Below are positions 44,285-55,457 of a DNA stretch of 64,000 bases, in pieces. The stretch is taken from IMG/VR virus record IMGVR_UViG_3300022187_000001, one strand, 5' to 3'. The notes below the pieces were generated by a model. That model had not been told where the DNA came from and searched no databases. It saw nothing but the letters and a program-made list of their open reading frames with translations. A program made the position numbers and the translations under genes. Position 1 is the stretch's first letter. Each line of letters starts with the position of its first letter. This DNA is from an uncultured virus (IMG/VR IMGVR_UViG_3300022187_000001). Its lineage: Duplodnaviria; Heunggongvirae; Uroviricota; Caudoviricetes; Crassvirales.

Positions 44285-46035
44285 CAGTTGATATTTAATC
44301 TGGCTCTATTGATAATGTCTGTTGCTAGGGATTGCTCCATACTTCCTGGAGGGTATATAAGATTTCCTTCTGAATCGACCGAGTTTCTTTCTGAAAGCTT
44401 CTTTACAAATATAGCGAACCCCAATCTCTGATTGAATTCTTCTCTGTCAGAGTCACCGAAATTAACGGTTGATAAATCCACGTTTCTCAAGTATGAATTG
44501 CCCAAAGAAGAAAAGAAGCTGTCTGCCTCTCTACTGTTTATCCTGTAGGGTTTCATCTTGTTCTTTTTTACAGGATCCATAGCTATAGTGTATTCCGTCT
44601 CTGGGATACCGTCTACAACGACTTCTCTCTGGCTTATTACACCTTCGCCTGGGTTAATGTATGTAGTGTATGTGTCAGATTCGTTTTGATATCCATTCAT
44701 TATCAAATAAATGCCCGTGGAGCCTTTTGTTGCAGAAAACGAATTGACTTTGTAAATAGGTTCATCTGAACCCGCCATTGGCTGAATTTCAATAGGGTCT
44801 GTGTTTCTTATCTCAAGAAACCCATTTTCCTTTATGCTTTCGTATATTTTTATTTTTTCTTCTGCGGCCTGTGCAGCCTCAGGAATCCCAGTAACAGACA
44901 ACGACTCAATTGACGACTCGATATCCGACTCAAGCGTTGATCCTTCTAAGGAGCTAGATATTAGGTTAACGTCTGGGGGTGAACTTAACGACCCTATGGT
45001 TACGTCAGAGAAGTTGTATTTAGGAGCCTTTACATCATCTTTATTATCTAATGCCTTTTGTCTTTGATTAGCATTAAACATGTCCATATAGTACTCCTCA
45101 AAATTCTTGTAAATAACTTCAGCATTATCAGAAAAAGATGAGGCGTACTGTACGCCCCTCTCCTGAAGGGCCCCCTGAATTCCATCTTCAGTAGTTACCG
45201 CTAAATCCGCTATTTTGCCAGCAAGGTCTGGTATTTCGTACCCCAATTGCCCAGCCATACTTTCCTGGAGCGACTTCCTGCCAGCCCCAGAACCGAGTAT
45301 ATAAGTCTCGAAATGATTTCTAATCTTCTGCTTGGCGTCAATCGAGTTGTCTACAGCGCCCAACTTACTAAGTAGGTTTGCTTCTGGTCCTGACTGCATA
45401 TACGCCATGACGTCCCCAGTAGGAATGTCATGCAGTTTGTATTGAAACGAACTTTCGTTAGCCGCATCGTATCCCAATATATGAACACCTTGAGGCCGCG
45501 GCTGCATGTTTCTATCGTTGACCCCAGGATCATTTGGATAAACCATACCTGTGGTTGGTTCGAAGTAATTTCCTTGCCCATAAGGGTTTTCAAGCGTTTG
45601 ATCAAAACTAGCGAAGTATTCTAAAACCTCTTCTTGAGACATATACTTTCCAGCTTTCTCAAGGGCTGTTCTAAAGTCGTAGTATGAGGCATCATTCCTT
45701 GCAGCATCCAGAATCGGTTTCGCAGCGGCTAAGTTTTTCGCGTAATTATTTTTGTCTTGTACAATGAAGTCATTAAGAAGATTTATGTCTTTTATAAAAT
45801 CTGCAAATTCAACACCTTCATTTTCATCCAAATATTGTATCATATTATTTCTTAAGGATGAAGCGTATTTAATGCCTTGTTCTGACATTCCAGTCATGTC
45901 CACCCCAACAAGTTGAGATAGCATGCCCTTTTGCTGCTGCTCTTGAGCCCTTTGCTGAGCCTGCCCACCCAAAAGGGGTCTTATGTCAGGCCCTTGAACG
46001 GCGGCAGCACTAGTTGGCACAAACCCGTTAGACAT
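44284..46035 (-). CDS. Probable internal virion (ejection) protein
   Basis: 583 aa, between the pilot-like gene and the giant gene. Confidence 0.55.
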   Translation of the reverse strand: MSNGFVPTSAAAVQGPDIRPLLGGQAQQRAQEQQQKGMLSQLVGVDMTGMSEQGIKYASSLRNNMIQYLDENEGVEFADFIKDINLLNDFIVQDKNNYAKNLAAAKPILDAARNDASYYDFRTALEKAGKYMSQEEVLEYFASFDQTLENPYGQGNYFEPTTGMVYPNDPGVNDRNMQPRPQGVHILGYDAANESSFQYKLHDIPTGDVMAYMQSGPEANLLSKLGAVDNSIDAKQKIRNHFETYILGSGAGRKSLQESMAGQLGYEIPDLAGKIADLAVTTEDGIQGALQERGVQYASSFSDNAEVIYKNFEEYYMDMFNANQRQKALDNKDDVKAPKYNFSDVTIGSLSSPPDVNLISSSLEGSTLESDIESSIESLSVTGIPEAAQAAEEKIKIYESIKENGFLEIRNTDPIEIQPMAGSDEPIYKVNSFSATKGSTGIYLIMNGYQNESDTYTTYINPGEGVISQREVVVDGIPETEYTIAMDPVKKNKMKPYRINSREADSFFSSLGNSYLRNVDLSTVNFGDSDREEFNQRLGFAIFVKKLSERNSVDSEGNLIYPPGSMEQSLATDIINRARLNIN

Positions 46036-47122
46036 ATTCGCCTGAATTTAGTGACCCAAGAATATCGCGATTTTGTGCAATCAGGTCTACTGAATTATCC
46101 CTATTTCTTCTTCTAACTTTCCTTCTAGGCTTCTTCATACCTCTTCTGATAGAAGGCTTAGACATTTTATTGATGCCTTCTACATCACTATCATCCTCTT
46201 CCTCATCTTTTTTACCAAGATCCTTCAAAAGGTCCAAGATATTAAACTCTACTCCCGCTTGGCCAGCGTGAACAAACCCGCCCCCCTTATTTGTTCTAGA
46301 CTCCTGGAACTGAGGCTCATTAAGAAGGTCTTTTAGAAACCTCATAAGCATGTGCGCCTTGCCGCCTTCAATAAGTGACTCTATTGTTTCCGTTTGATCT
46401 GGATTGAAAATAAGCTCTCCGCCAGTAGCTTCACCAACCTTTCTCCCATTATCATCAACCATGTGTATTGGATTGGAGTCGTGATCAAATGGACCAGGGG
46501 TCTTCATTCCGTCTTCTCCACTAGGAACATTAAATCCCTGTCCAAATCCAAATGTAGATCCAGGCATTTGCTGTTCTACAGCGGCGCCCGTTATTGGAGA
46601 CTGAAATGCTTGAGATATACCAGTATATTTCTGCTGTCTTCCAGCTTCTGCCGCAGCACCACCTCGCGCCATCTCTTCAGCTTCCAAAGCTCTTTGAAAT
46701 TGATCGTTTTCAGTAAGCAGAGACTGTTCTACGTCAGCAAGATTTTGATCAGCGGTAATGCTCATGCCGAATCCCTTCATTTGGGCGTCCTGTATGGCTT
46801 GATCCGAAGCAGCCATAGTAGGGTTAAGGGCTGCAGCCATTCTTGGGTCTCCGCCTCTTGCTGCCATTATATTTGATGTCGCCAGTGATTGAGCGCGATC
46901 CTGAGCACTCCTTGCGATTGTCTCACCATATTGACGAGCAAGATTAGCTGCGTCAGTTTGACCTTTCGCCAGCTTTAAATTTTTCTTTCCTGACCGAAGA
47001 AGGCCTAACTGGTCATCGTAAAGTTCTTCTCCTGCTTTCTGTTGTTTCTTTCCAGAGAAATAGTTTATTGCTCCTGATACGGCCTGAAGGCCTCCTGCGA
47101 TTGCTGATATAGGTACTGGCAT
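46028..47122 (-). CDS. Probable ejection/pilot protein
   Basis: G/A-rich hydrophobic N-terminus, Q/A-rich helices, GEATGGELI motif. Confidence 0.6.
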   Translation of the reverse strand: MPVPISAIAGGLQAVSGAINYFSGKKQQKAGEELYDDQLGLLRSGKKNLKLAKGQTDAANLARQYGETIARSAQDRAQSLATSNIMAARGGDPRMAAALNPTMAASDQAIQDAQMKGFGMSITADQNLADVEQSLLTENDQFQRALEAEEMARGGAAAEAGRQQKYTGISQAFQSPITGAAVEQQMPGSTFGFGQGFNVPSGEDGMKTPGPFDHDSNPIHMVDDNGRKVGEATGGELIFNPDQTETIESLIEGGKAHMLMRFLKDLLNEPQFQESRTNKGGGFVHAGQAGVEFNILDLLKDLGKKDEEEDDSDVEGINKMSKPSIRRGMKKPRRKVRRRNRDNSVDLIAQNRDILGSLNSGEYV

Positions 47123-47143
47123 AGTTGCGAAATTAATAAATAA

Positions 47144-48247
47144 TTACTTAGAGTGATCAAGAGCGGTAGGACTAAACTCAGCGTTAACCGCAAACAGCTC
47201 AAAGTCTTCACTCCCTAATGTTAAAGAAAGATCGGCGTACTGACCAATAGGATCAGACCCGTCTATTCTATCGTCTGTTATTTTAAATAAGAAAAGTCTG
47301 TCTCCACCGTTGGCAAGATAGTTGTTTATTCCTATAGCAAGCGCCACAGAGGCAGCCTGATCATCTGGTATACCAGTTGAATTTTGGATCAACACCGATT
47401 CACTTACTCTGGCGGCAAGTATGTTTCCTAATTTTGGAGGGGTGTTGGTGTTATAAACCTCCTGGCTTAACTCTGTAAAAAACTGAGTCGTTGATCTTGT
47501 TATTGGTGTTCCACTGTTTGTATTTAATTCTCCAGTAGGTAACAAATCCGTTCCAACTACACCAATAAATGCAGAAGCCCTAAATGGTCTTACAATCACA
47601 TCTCCTCCGACTTGGACGCCCATGTAGTATTTAGATATAACGTCGTCAGAAGTAGCGGAATCAAGGGCCCTATAATGAGGGTATGGATTCAAACTAAAAT
47701 AAATGTACTCCCACCACGAGTCGGTTATTTGGACCTCGTTGAACGGGAAAGCGCCATTATTTATGCTTGGCACCTGGTCGGTGAAGCCCTCTTGAGTGAG
47801 AACAGCTGCTCTAGTTATCTCCCCAACAAGTTTTAATCCATTTTCGTTGTCTGTTGATCTAACCTTTGTTATACCCCCATAAAATATGCCTCCTTTTTCT
47901 ACGAACCCCTCGTAAACACGAGCTTGATTCGGTTGATCAACGTCAGGAGACAAGTTTGTTGTAAGCTGGCTTTGAGCAAATCTTAAATTAGACCCCTCTA
48001 GACTTAATGCCTTATAGACTTTATTATTAGATGGGTTTGCGTTAAAAGAAAGTGATATCTGCGAGTCGGTTCGTATTCCATAAAAAGTATTTATTGGGCT
48101 ATACTGCCAATGCAGATACGCAATGTCTTCTCCGTCAGAAGACGTATTAAAAGTAAATAAAAATGAATCCGAAGAAATAAAGCAGCTCGTGTCGTAGCTG
48201 TACCTGGATTTCCATTTCTCGCTTTGTGGGTCAAATGATATCGTCAT
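47144..48247 (-). CDS. Tail stabilization protein, C-terminal-type part
   Basis: TISF...W.SRYSY...NTFYG...FNANPSNNKVYKALSLEG...GQYA...ELFAVN. Confidence 0.6.
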   Translation of the reverse strand: MTISFDPQSEKWKSRYSYDTSCFISSDSFLFTFNTSSDGEDIAYLHWQYSPINTFYGIRTDSQISLSFNANPSNNKVYKALSLEGSNLRFAQSQLTTNLSPDVDQPNQARVYEGFVEKGGIFYGGITKVRSTDNENGLKLVGEITRAAVLTQEGFTDQVPSINNGAFPFNEVQITDSWWEYIYFSLNPYPHYRALDSATSDDVISKYYMGVQVGGDVIVRPFRASAFIGVVGTDLLPTGELNTNSGTPITRSTTQFFTELSQEVYNTNTPPKLGNILAARVSESVLIQNSTGIPDDQAASVALAIGINNYLANGGDRLFLFKITDDRIDGSDPIGQYADLSLTLGSEDFELFAVNAEFSPTALDHSK

Positions 48248-51200
48248 TGCCAGTATTTTGTTAACGGGAAGAACCCATCAGAAGGTCTCTGTATTGATTC
48301 TAAAAGCCTTTGTATTGCATTGACAGTGGTGAAGTAGTTCTGACTCCCTGAACCTGTGTATATATCTCTCCATCCGTATTTTCCTTCTTCGTAATAAGGA
48401 GATTCTGAGGCTGATCCGATGCCAAGCTGATAAAACTCAGATCTCCATAATGGCAAAGATTCTGGTTCTACATTGTTAAAGTAAGGGGCATTTTGCCCTA
48501 CAATAGAAACGCCCTGAGTGGGGCCGCTGTAGCTGGGCGGTATTTGAGTAAGAGACTCATGCCAGTTCCATAATTTTCTAGTTTTCAACCAGTCAAAGGG
48601 AAGGTCTTCTTCATCGAAAGGACCATTTTCAATGGAATCTGTTAGGTTGTCTAGGCCCACCATATAATTATAGAATCCTGGAGGTTGAGCATCATACCCT
48701 AACACACTTATTTCTCCAGTTTCATTGAACACCTCCTCGATGGCTCCAATTGCTGCACCAAGTCCGCTGAATGTCCACAAATTATATGCAGAAGTATATG
48801 CATCGACTACAGGAGAATAGTAGCTTGCAGGCTTGTAGGGGTTATCTACTCCGTCACCTAATGAGGTCCATACTTGTGTCATAGACAACCATATGTTTAG
48901 GTCATTTTCAGTCCACACTCCGTCCATATCAAAATCATAGACAAGAGGCCCCCAAGTTGGCTGATTGTTAAATATACCTCCAGTAAGAATCTGAGGTATT
49001 GAATCTCCTCCAGGATCAAGGACAAAGTCTCCAAATAGCGGATTAAACACATACTGCTCAGAAGTAGAATCTATTATGTTCTGAAAGAAAGAGTAGTGTC
49101 CTCCTTGACTGTTATTGTACTCCCCGTCAAGCCCGCCACTTTCGTATATCTCATTCATAACCTGTGCTACAGGCTGATTCATATACTGCTCAAAAAACGG
49201 AATTACAATGTTTTCTGTCCACTCCTGATAAGACCCACATGCGCACGGTGCCCAAGACGGATGGGGAGACTGACCCTTTCCCATTGCCCCACCCATTTCA
49301 GTAAAGAATAACGCATCATTTTCGTCAATGTCATTTACGTCTGGGTTGGATTTTATACCGAATTTAGGAGAGACGCTATTAAGTTTAAACTTGAAGTACT
49401 CCCTCCATGTCATGTAATCTATTTGAGCCAACACACCCCCGTGTATAGAAGCGTCAAACCACTCATAGTCATATTGAGACAGCGGGTTCGAGTCCGCTAT
49501 AATGTTTGAGTTTATCCTAGAGTATTTCCCAAAGAGGTTTACCGTTCCGTTTTCATAGTGAGGTATAAGATTTTGATTGTGAATTCCCCCCTTTGGACCC
49601 CCCGTAGTCTCTTTCCAAACTCTCTCTGTAACCGTAGCGCACGGTACAAATTGAGGGGAAAAGAATTTTGGTGGATTGTAGTTTGGATTGGAGTTTTGTT
49701 CTTCTTCAGAAAGAGAGTTGTAGTAAACATAACCTCTACTTGCGGCCCTCAAGAATTCCCTGTCAGTATAAACGCCAGCCCTCCTTAGGAGATCGTTATT
49801 TTTTACTATACCCGCTCCAAAAAGATCTATAAATCCTTTGTTTTCTATAGCGTTTATTGGGTTGGCATAGGCGGAACTTCCAGCCGCATTCCAATCAGTA
49901 TTGTAAAAACCTCCGATGTAGTCGAGAGCGTTGTAAGACAGATAAGAATCCCACTCAGGTATATATACAGGGTTGTTAGGTCCGCTAGTGTATATCTGAG
50001 TCCAGAAATCGACGATAAGCTGAGGATCCATAGGGTCCACGGGACCAGTTGCTCCCCTAACAGATTTAGTGGGTCTAAATGAGTATGCAGCAGAGGCAGA
50101 AATAAGGTCGTTTAAGCTGTTTATTTTAACCTCATTACCAAGAGACCTAGGCCTTTTTGGGGTTGAAGGCCCATATATAATGGAGTCTATAGAGTCTGGA
50201 CTGATCACCCTGCTCTTGATTGCACCACCACCACCATCATCGACAACGTCACCCCCAGGATCACCCCCAGTATCACCTCCAGTATCCTCAAATTCCTCAT
50301 CTATTTCATTTCTAGGGGGCTGAACGAGTTCAAACTCATCAAACGTCTCCAGCGGTTCCTGAGCATAAATAGATATTAAGAACTCCTCGTTAACAGGATC
50401 AAATCCTGTCACTATTCTTGGGTTTTGTCCGTAAACATCATCAAATGCTCTTTCAAAAAACTCTTTCATGCCCAATGAACTGATTGGGGATATGCTACCT
50501 CTGAGTCGGTTAAGTCGGAGCACCTCCTGGGCACCTGTGTCTGCAAAGTAAACATCGTCATCCTTAATGAGGACCGACTCAGGGTGTCCATTAGCTCCAT
50601 AGTCACCAGAAAAGAAAGACTGCTCCCCAAGAACCTTTACACTAGCTATAAGTTGTTGTTGAGTACTAGCGTCAGACAGTATGTTTCTGTTTACAGGAAT
50701 CCTGCTTGTCTTGCTGTCCTGTATACATATCATAAATTCATTAGACGAATTTATGTAATTTATAGAACCGAAAGAGTTAGGTAGGTCTTTGTAGTTTCCT
50801 AGAGTCTGATTAAACGAAGTAAACTTTATAAGGTTTGACGAGTATATGTTAGCCTCACCGTAAGTTATTGACGCGGACCTTCTGGCTTCCTGTGAATTTG
50901 GAATTATTGCCTTTATTTTTCCTCTGTTATCAACGTTAGAAAATCTTACTAGATCATTGTATGTCTCAGACTCTATATAGAAGTTGCTAAAACTGTCGTT
51001 GTTAGCAAAAACCATGTCTTGGAAATCATTTTCAAACACCCCTATATCATAGGGCGGCATTTTTATAGCACCAAGCCTCCAAAAAACATCTCCCTCTGTT
51101 AAAAGGAAAAAAGTGTCTTCATGTTCTAGAACCCCAAAATCATTAATTACAGTACGTCTTACATCGCTAATCTCATAATAAGGCTTGTCTTCTAGATCTG

Positions 51201-54200
51201 AAAATTTAGAAGGAGAGTAAAGCTCTACAAGGCATCTATTATTCCATTTGTCGGACCCCCCCTCTATAGCTATAACAGAAAAGTCAACTAAATCGGGCCT
51301 GTTCTTCAGCACTACAAAATCACCTACTTTTGGTTGATTTCCATCCGTAAGGTTGTCGCCCTCTTCATATATTGGATTTGAAGAAGGGTCATCAGTTAGA
51401 GTAACAAATTCAATAACCTCAAAGTCGTAATTAGGAGGACGAGACGTACCATTCTCGTTAACAGGATTGTATGAAATAATCCTAAGTCTATCTCCAGGTT
51501 GATATTGGTACAGCCTATTATCCCCTATGGGGGATTTTGCGCCAAATGCATTTACGTAAGAGTTTTTGCTGCCTTGCAAGTAATTCAAAGAAACATATAT
51601 CTTATCTCCGTCTGAATAAGCACCACCAGCAGTGTACTGAACGAATTTTGAAACGCTTGTATTTCCAGTATATACTACTTGATAATTATAAGCCCAAGGA
51701 GGAGGATCGCTAAAGATCTCTACTGAAACAAACGAGGCTCCAAGGTTTTGACCAAACCTTTCTCCAAGACCTCTAACAAAAACACTACCTAAAGGCATCA
51801 CGTTACTACTCCTTCCTCTTTGGTCGTAGTATACAATTCCAAATGCATGGTTTGCGTTAGCCTTAAAACTTCTTTGTGGATCTGAATCTCCGTCTAGACC
51901 AGTAGTAAATACGTTAAAATACGCAGACTCCAAAGAACCAAGACCTAACTGATCTTCTTCAGAATCAGCCAACCAGCTAACGGAATATGGCTGGGCCTCA
52001 ATGGATGAGAATTCAAATTGGTCAATGCTGCCCGTGCCCAGCGACCCAGTATTTACCACCAAATAGGGAAGAACGGATAAGGAATGTACTCCAGTTGTAT
52101 GTAGTGCAGGGGATATTGTTTGAAAAATCCCACCCGTACCTGAAACGAACTGTGACATTTGCTGGCTAAAAATTCCAGCGCCATTTCCGCCTGGACCCAC
52201 AGCACCGTCTAAAATGGATATTGCAGAGGACTCATAGGTAAATCCCCTATCCTCATATTTTGTTACTATAGAGTTTTCTGGATTTGTAAGTGAAAGTCTA
52301 CCAAAGATTCTTTTTACACTGTTGGTTACAATAGTACCTGCAGGAAGGTCGGTAGTTGAAACCTGACCTAATGACAACCCAGCTATGTGCGGATATAAGT
52401 CTATTTGATTTGGTGAGAAGTCAAAAAGTTGACCCCCATTAATAAATTGTGATCCTGAAAAGTTTTCCGAGATAAAATTTGGCTCTTGAGTAGTCTGTAG
52501 TATGAGATCAGGATCCAAAACAAGATACCTTGAGTGCACACCCTTAGGCGCAACCCAGTTTGCTAATTCCCCCTGTGAGCTGCTTTTATCTATTAGAAGG
52601 TCTGGAATACAGGTCTTTGTAGTTACATTGTCAATGCTTACTACGTCCAGAACAAAAGCAACTGGATCACTAACACTCTTGACTATTCTAAAGTTTACGT
52701 CAGCAGAGTTTACAATAATAGAGCCCAGTGGGGGCTGCTTTATTGGGGTGCTGGTTCCGTTAAGATTTGACCCTCCACGAACAACCCCTGATATTAAAGA
52801 ATACTCGCTATCTGTATAGTCTATTACCGCCTTGTTAGGTATATTTAGGTCGTAAGAGTAAGAGTATGTAGTGCTGTTTTCTATTACGTTAAACTGCGGA
52901 ACTTGATTTCCAGTTAACGCATTTATAAGCATTCCTGGAAGGTTTGCATTAGCAGAAGTGATGGGGGTATTAACCTCTACTGAAAGAGAAAAGTTAAGGG
53001 ATGTCCCCTTTATCATAAGTGCATTTTCTGAAGACGTCCCGTAAGCTGCTGCTACAGCTGTCCCTGCTAAGTCTCCAGCCTCAACGTGCCATGTCGCCGA
53101 TGATGAGCCTCCAAAGCTAGAAAGATTTCTTGTTGGTTCATTGTTAAAACATCCAGCATACAAAACAGACGGCATTCCGTCAAGATCAGACGCCCCATTA
53201 GGAGCATCTAGATATATAGAAGACACTGAAACATTCGGGTCACCAATAACTGCATTACTACCTGGAATACTTTCTGTATTTCCTTCTAATGGAATAGGAT
53301 GAAAGCTAGTTCTTCCATCGTATATCGCAAAGTTTTTTTTCGGATATATTACAACATTCAGGTTTATAATAGTTCCTGCTGGTACTGTAGCGGGGAAGTT
53401 CAGCTGACTAATACGAAATCCTGAAGCGACATTTGTTATCTCCCCCTGATTTAAAAAGCTAGGGTCAGATACATTAAAAACTTTGGGCTCTAACTTTATT
53501 GTAGAGTTCTGAAAGTCTTGACCACGCTCTCTATAACCAACTGCTAATTTTGCGTCCACCTCGATTTGATCAAACCCTTCAACGTAGTTTCCGTAGAATA
53601 GTCGGTTCTCGCTAGTTGTTTGTGCGAGAGCTCTTCTAGGCAGGTTGTCAAACTGCTTAGTCACCTCAAACTCTGGTACTCCCGTAAGTATTCTGTCGTT
53701 AAAAAACGTGAATTCAGTGAAGTTAGCTCCGTCAGTAACGTCGGCCCTTACTTCATCTATTATGTAAAAAGTTTTTGTTTCAAAGTTTTTAGCAAGCAGC
53801 CTAATGTACTCTACCTCCCTCGAATATCCCTCTCTTGGAACTCTTATAGTGCAAGTATTCTCTACAACTATGTCTGTTGAATTCCCTTGATTCAACTCAG
53901 ACGGAGGAACAGCATAAGTACTGTACGTGCTTATGGCGCTTTCTTCTCCACTATAATATATATTTTGATAAGCGTATTGGAAAGGAGCCGCCCCCTCAAA
54001 CAAACTTTTATCCCTATCTGGATCAAGAGTAAAGTTCCATGTTGGAGGATAAACTGGAGACTTGGGGCAGGCGCATATTGCATCTTCTATGTCAAATTGA
54101 TCATAATCAACACCCCATTGATCTGCTAACACTCTGTTTACATCGAGTCTTCTTGGCTCGTTCTTATTGTCTGTAAAATATAATATCGTCCTCTCCTCTT

Positions 54201-54633
54201 CGCTTGCATTCTGAGGATTTATATGTACAATATCGGCCTTTACAAAGCCGTCAGCGTCAAAATTAAATTGAGCGCTAGAAAAAACCCTTTGCATTGCCCC
54301 AGCATCATCTCCTATAATTGGAATTCTGTAGACACCCATTTCTGATGCCAGCTGGGAATACAAAAAGAAGTATATGTATCCATACTTAACGTCTTCTACC
54401 GCTCCTATAACAACCTTTTGATATAGAGGTTCGAAGTAGTTATTTATATTAGGAACAACTCCGTTTCCTTTTATTGGCTTTAAAACTCCTGCGTCTCCAG
54501 TAGTGTTTCCGTCAGCAGAAAAACCAGAATCTCCAGTTATAAGGACGTTTAAAGCGTCGATCATTTCATCGACACCTCTTATTCTAGAGTCCAAAGAGTT
54601 ATTTAGATATCTAGGAAGCCTCTTGTCTATCAT
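48244..54633 (-). CDS. Tail stabilization/nozzle protein (P22 gp10 / tubular B analog) with large insertions
   Basis: DALNV, LYFTDNKNEPRRL, FQYAY, NRLFYGNYVEG, FGIVYYDQRGRSSNV, YGANGHPES, ISSLGMKEFF. Confidence 0.75.
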   Translation of the reverse strand: MIDKRLPRYLNNSLDSRIRGVDEMIDALNVLITGDSGFSADGNTTGDAGVLKPIKGNGVVPNINNYFEPLYQKVVIGAVEDVKYGYIYFFLYSQLASEMGVYRIPIIGDDAGAMQRVFSSAQFNFDADGFVKADIVHINPQNASEEERTILYFTDNKNEPRRLDVNRVLADQWGVDYDQFDIEDAICACPKSPVYPPTWNFTLDPDRDKSLFEGAAPFQYAYQNIYYSGEESAISTYSTYAVPPSELNQGNSTDIVVENTCTIRVPREGYSREVEYIRLLAKNFETKTFYIIDEVRADVTDGANFTEFTFFNDRILTGVPEFEVTKQFDNLPRRALAQTTSENRLFYGNYVEGFDQIEVDAKLAVGYRERGQDFQNSTIKLEPKVFNVSDPSFLNQGEITNVASGFRISQLNFPATVPAGTIINLNVVIYPKKNFAIYDGRTSFHPIPLEGNTESIPGSNAVIGDPNVSVSSIYLDAPNGASDLDGMPSVLYAGCFNNEPTRNLSSFGGSSSATWHVEAGDLAGTAVAAAYGTSSENALMIKGTSLNFSLSVEVNTPITSANANLPGMLINALTGNQVPQFNVIENSTTYSYSYDLNIPNKAVIDYTDSEYSLISGVVRGGSNLNGTSTPIKQPPLGSIIVNSADVNFRIVKSVSDPVAFVLDVVSIDNVTTKTCIPDLLIDKSSSQGELANWVAPKGVHSRYLVLDPDLILQTTQEPNFISENFSGSQFINGGQLFDFSPNQIDLYPHIAGLSLGQVSTTDLPAGTIVTNSVKRIFGRLSLTNPENSIVTKYEDRGFTYESSAISILDGAVGPGGNGAGIFSQQMSQFVSGTGGIFQTISPALHTTGVHSLSVLPYLVVNTGSLGTGSIDQFEFSSIEAQPYSVSWLADSEEDQLGLGSLESAYFNVFTTGLDGDSDPQRSFKANANHAFGIVYYDQRGRSSNVMPLGSVFVRGLGERFGQNLGASFVSVEIFSDPPPWAYNYQVVYTGNTSVSKFVQYTAGGAYSDGDKIYVSLNYLQGSKNSYVNAFGAKSPIGDNRLYQYQPGDRLRIISYNPVNENGTSRPPNYDFEVIEFVTLTDDPSSNPIYEEGDNLTDGNQPKVGDFVVLKNRPDLVDFSVIAIEGGSDKWNNRCLVELYSPSKFSDLEDKPYYEISDVRRTVINDFGVLEHEDTFFLLTEGDVFWRLGAIKMPPYDIGVFENDFQDMVFANNDSFSNFYIESETYNDLVRFSNVDNRGKIKAIIPNSQEARRSASITYGEANIYSSNLIKFTSFNQTLGNYKDLPNSFGSINYINSSNEFMICIQDSKTSRIPVNRNILSDASTQQQLIASVKVLGEQSFFSGDYGANGHPESVLIKDDDVYFADTGAQEVLRLNRLRGSISPISSLGMKEFFERAFDDVYGQNPRIVTGFDPVNEEFLISIYAQEPLETFDEFELVQPPRNEIDEEFEDTGGDTGGDPGGDVVDDGGGGAIKSRVISPDSIDSIIYGPSTPKRPRSLGNEVKINSLNDLISASAAYSFRPTKSVRGATGPVDPMDPQLIVDFWTQIYTSGPNNPVYIPEWDSYLSYNALDYIGGFYNTDWNAAGSSAYANPINAIENKGFIDLFGAGIVKNNDLLRRAGVYTDREFLRAASRGYVYYNSLSEEEQNSNPNYNPPKFFSPQFVPCATVTERVWKETTGGPKGGIHNQNLIPHYENGTVNLFGKYSRINSNIIADSNPLSQYDYEWFDASIHGGVLAQIDYMTWREYFKFKLNSVSPKFGIKSNPDVNDIDENDALFFTEMGGAMGKGQSPHPSWAPCACGSYQEWTENIVIPFFEQYMNQPVAQVMNEIYESGGLDGEYNNSQGGHYSFFQNIIDSTSEQYVFNPLFGDFVLDPGGDSIPQILTGGIFNNQPTWGPLVYDFDMDGVWTENDLNIWLSMTQVWTSLGDGVDNPYKPASYYSPVVDAYTSAYNLWTFSGLGAAIGAIEEVFNETGEISVLGYDAQPPGFYNYMVGLDNLTDSIENGPFDEEDLPFDWLKTRKLWNWHESLTQIPPSYSGPTQGVSIVGQNAPYFNNVEPESLPLWRSEFYQLGIGSASESPYYEEGKYGWRDIYTGSGSQNYFTTVNAIQRLLESIQRPSDGFFPLTKYWQ

Positions 54634-55457
54634 TAGTACTTAGGAGATTGCTTATAGTTCTTTCTAATAACCTTCATGGCCTCCTCTTTGGTAAAGTTGT
54701 TCAGCCTAGCCTTAGCCTTTCTTCTTTCGTTGTAAAACTCAGATCTAGCCCTGGCCTTTTCGTTTGCAGGGACATTAGATTTTCTTTCACACATTTTGTA
54801 ATAGATGTAGCACCTAAGGGCTTCTTCGGCGTACACGTGGACCATGGGGTCTGTGTTTCTTGCTTCGTCTGCTATATACTCCAATACCACTTCAGAAAAA
54901 GAATTGTTTGTAGACAATTCAATCCTATTTTGATCAAGATTCACTCTGTATTCTCCGTACAGGTGTCCACCACCCACGCCATACATCATTCCTACTTGCC
55001 CCTCGTATATGTAATTTCTAAATAGATATGAGTCCCAACTGTTGTTTGTTGAGGTGTCAAATCCAAGAGTTGCACCCTTGTCATCAATCTTGTCTGCCAC
55101 AATGTTTTCAGCAATGTCTAACGGCCCCGCCGCAGACACCGCCTCAGCGGCTGGGTTAGGTATGCTTCTAGACTTGTTTATGTTCTTGTTGTTTCCAAAT
55201 ACATAAAGTATGTTGTCACTACTTACTACACCAATCTTGACAATGTCTACAAAGTCTTCTGGCAGGACAACCTCGTCTTGAGTAGTAACAGGTAATTTTA
55301 GTGACTTTATTCTAGGGGTCACATCAAAACCTATCTCTCTTATTCCTCTAAGAGCGAAATTTCTAATTGCTACATCAGAGCCCCCGCTGGCAAAGTCGTC
55401 AGTGTCAAGAGTAATAATGTAGTCGTCTATAATATTTCTTAATGGAGTATAATTCAT
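54633..55457 (-). CDS. Tail ring/adaptor protein
   Basis: LPEDFVDIVKI, VVLEYIAD, EEAL..YI. Confidence 0.65.
   Translation of the reverse strand: MNYTPLRNIIDDYIITLDTDDFASGGSDVAIRNFALRGIREIGFDVTPRIKSLKLPVTTQDEVVLPEDFVDIVKIGVVSSDNILYVFGNNKNINKSRSIPNPAAEAVSAAGPLDIAENIVADKIDDKGATLGFDTSTNNSWDSYLFRNYIYEGQVGMMYGVGGGHLYGEYRVNLDQNRIELSTNNSFSEVVLEYIADEARNTDPMVHVYAEEALRCYIYYKMCERKSNVPANEKARARSEFYNERRKAKARLNNFTKEEAMKVIRKNYKQSPKY

Noticed and set aside
48900..48945. DFDMD in the 2129-aa protein as a crAss-type virion RNA polymerase motif (DFDID)
   Set aside because: Context DxDxDG-xxT-xxD fits an EF-hand/dockerin-like Ca-binding loop; no other RNAP motifs, and the protein is a tail component
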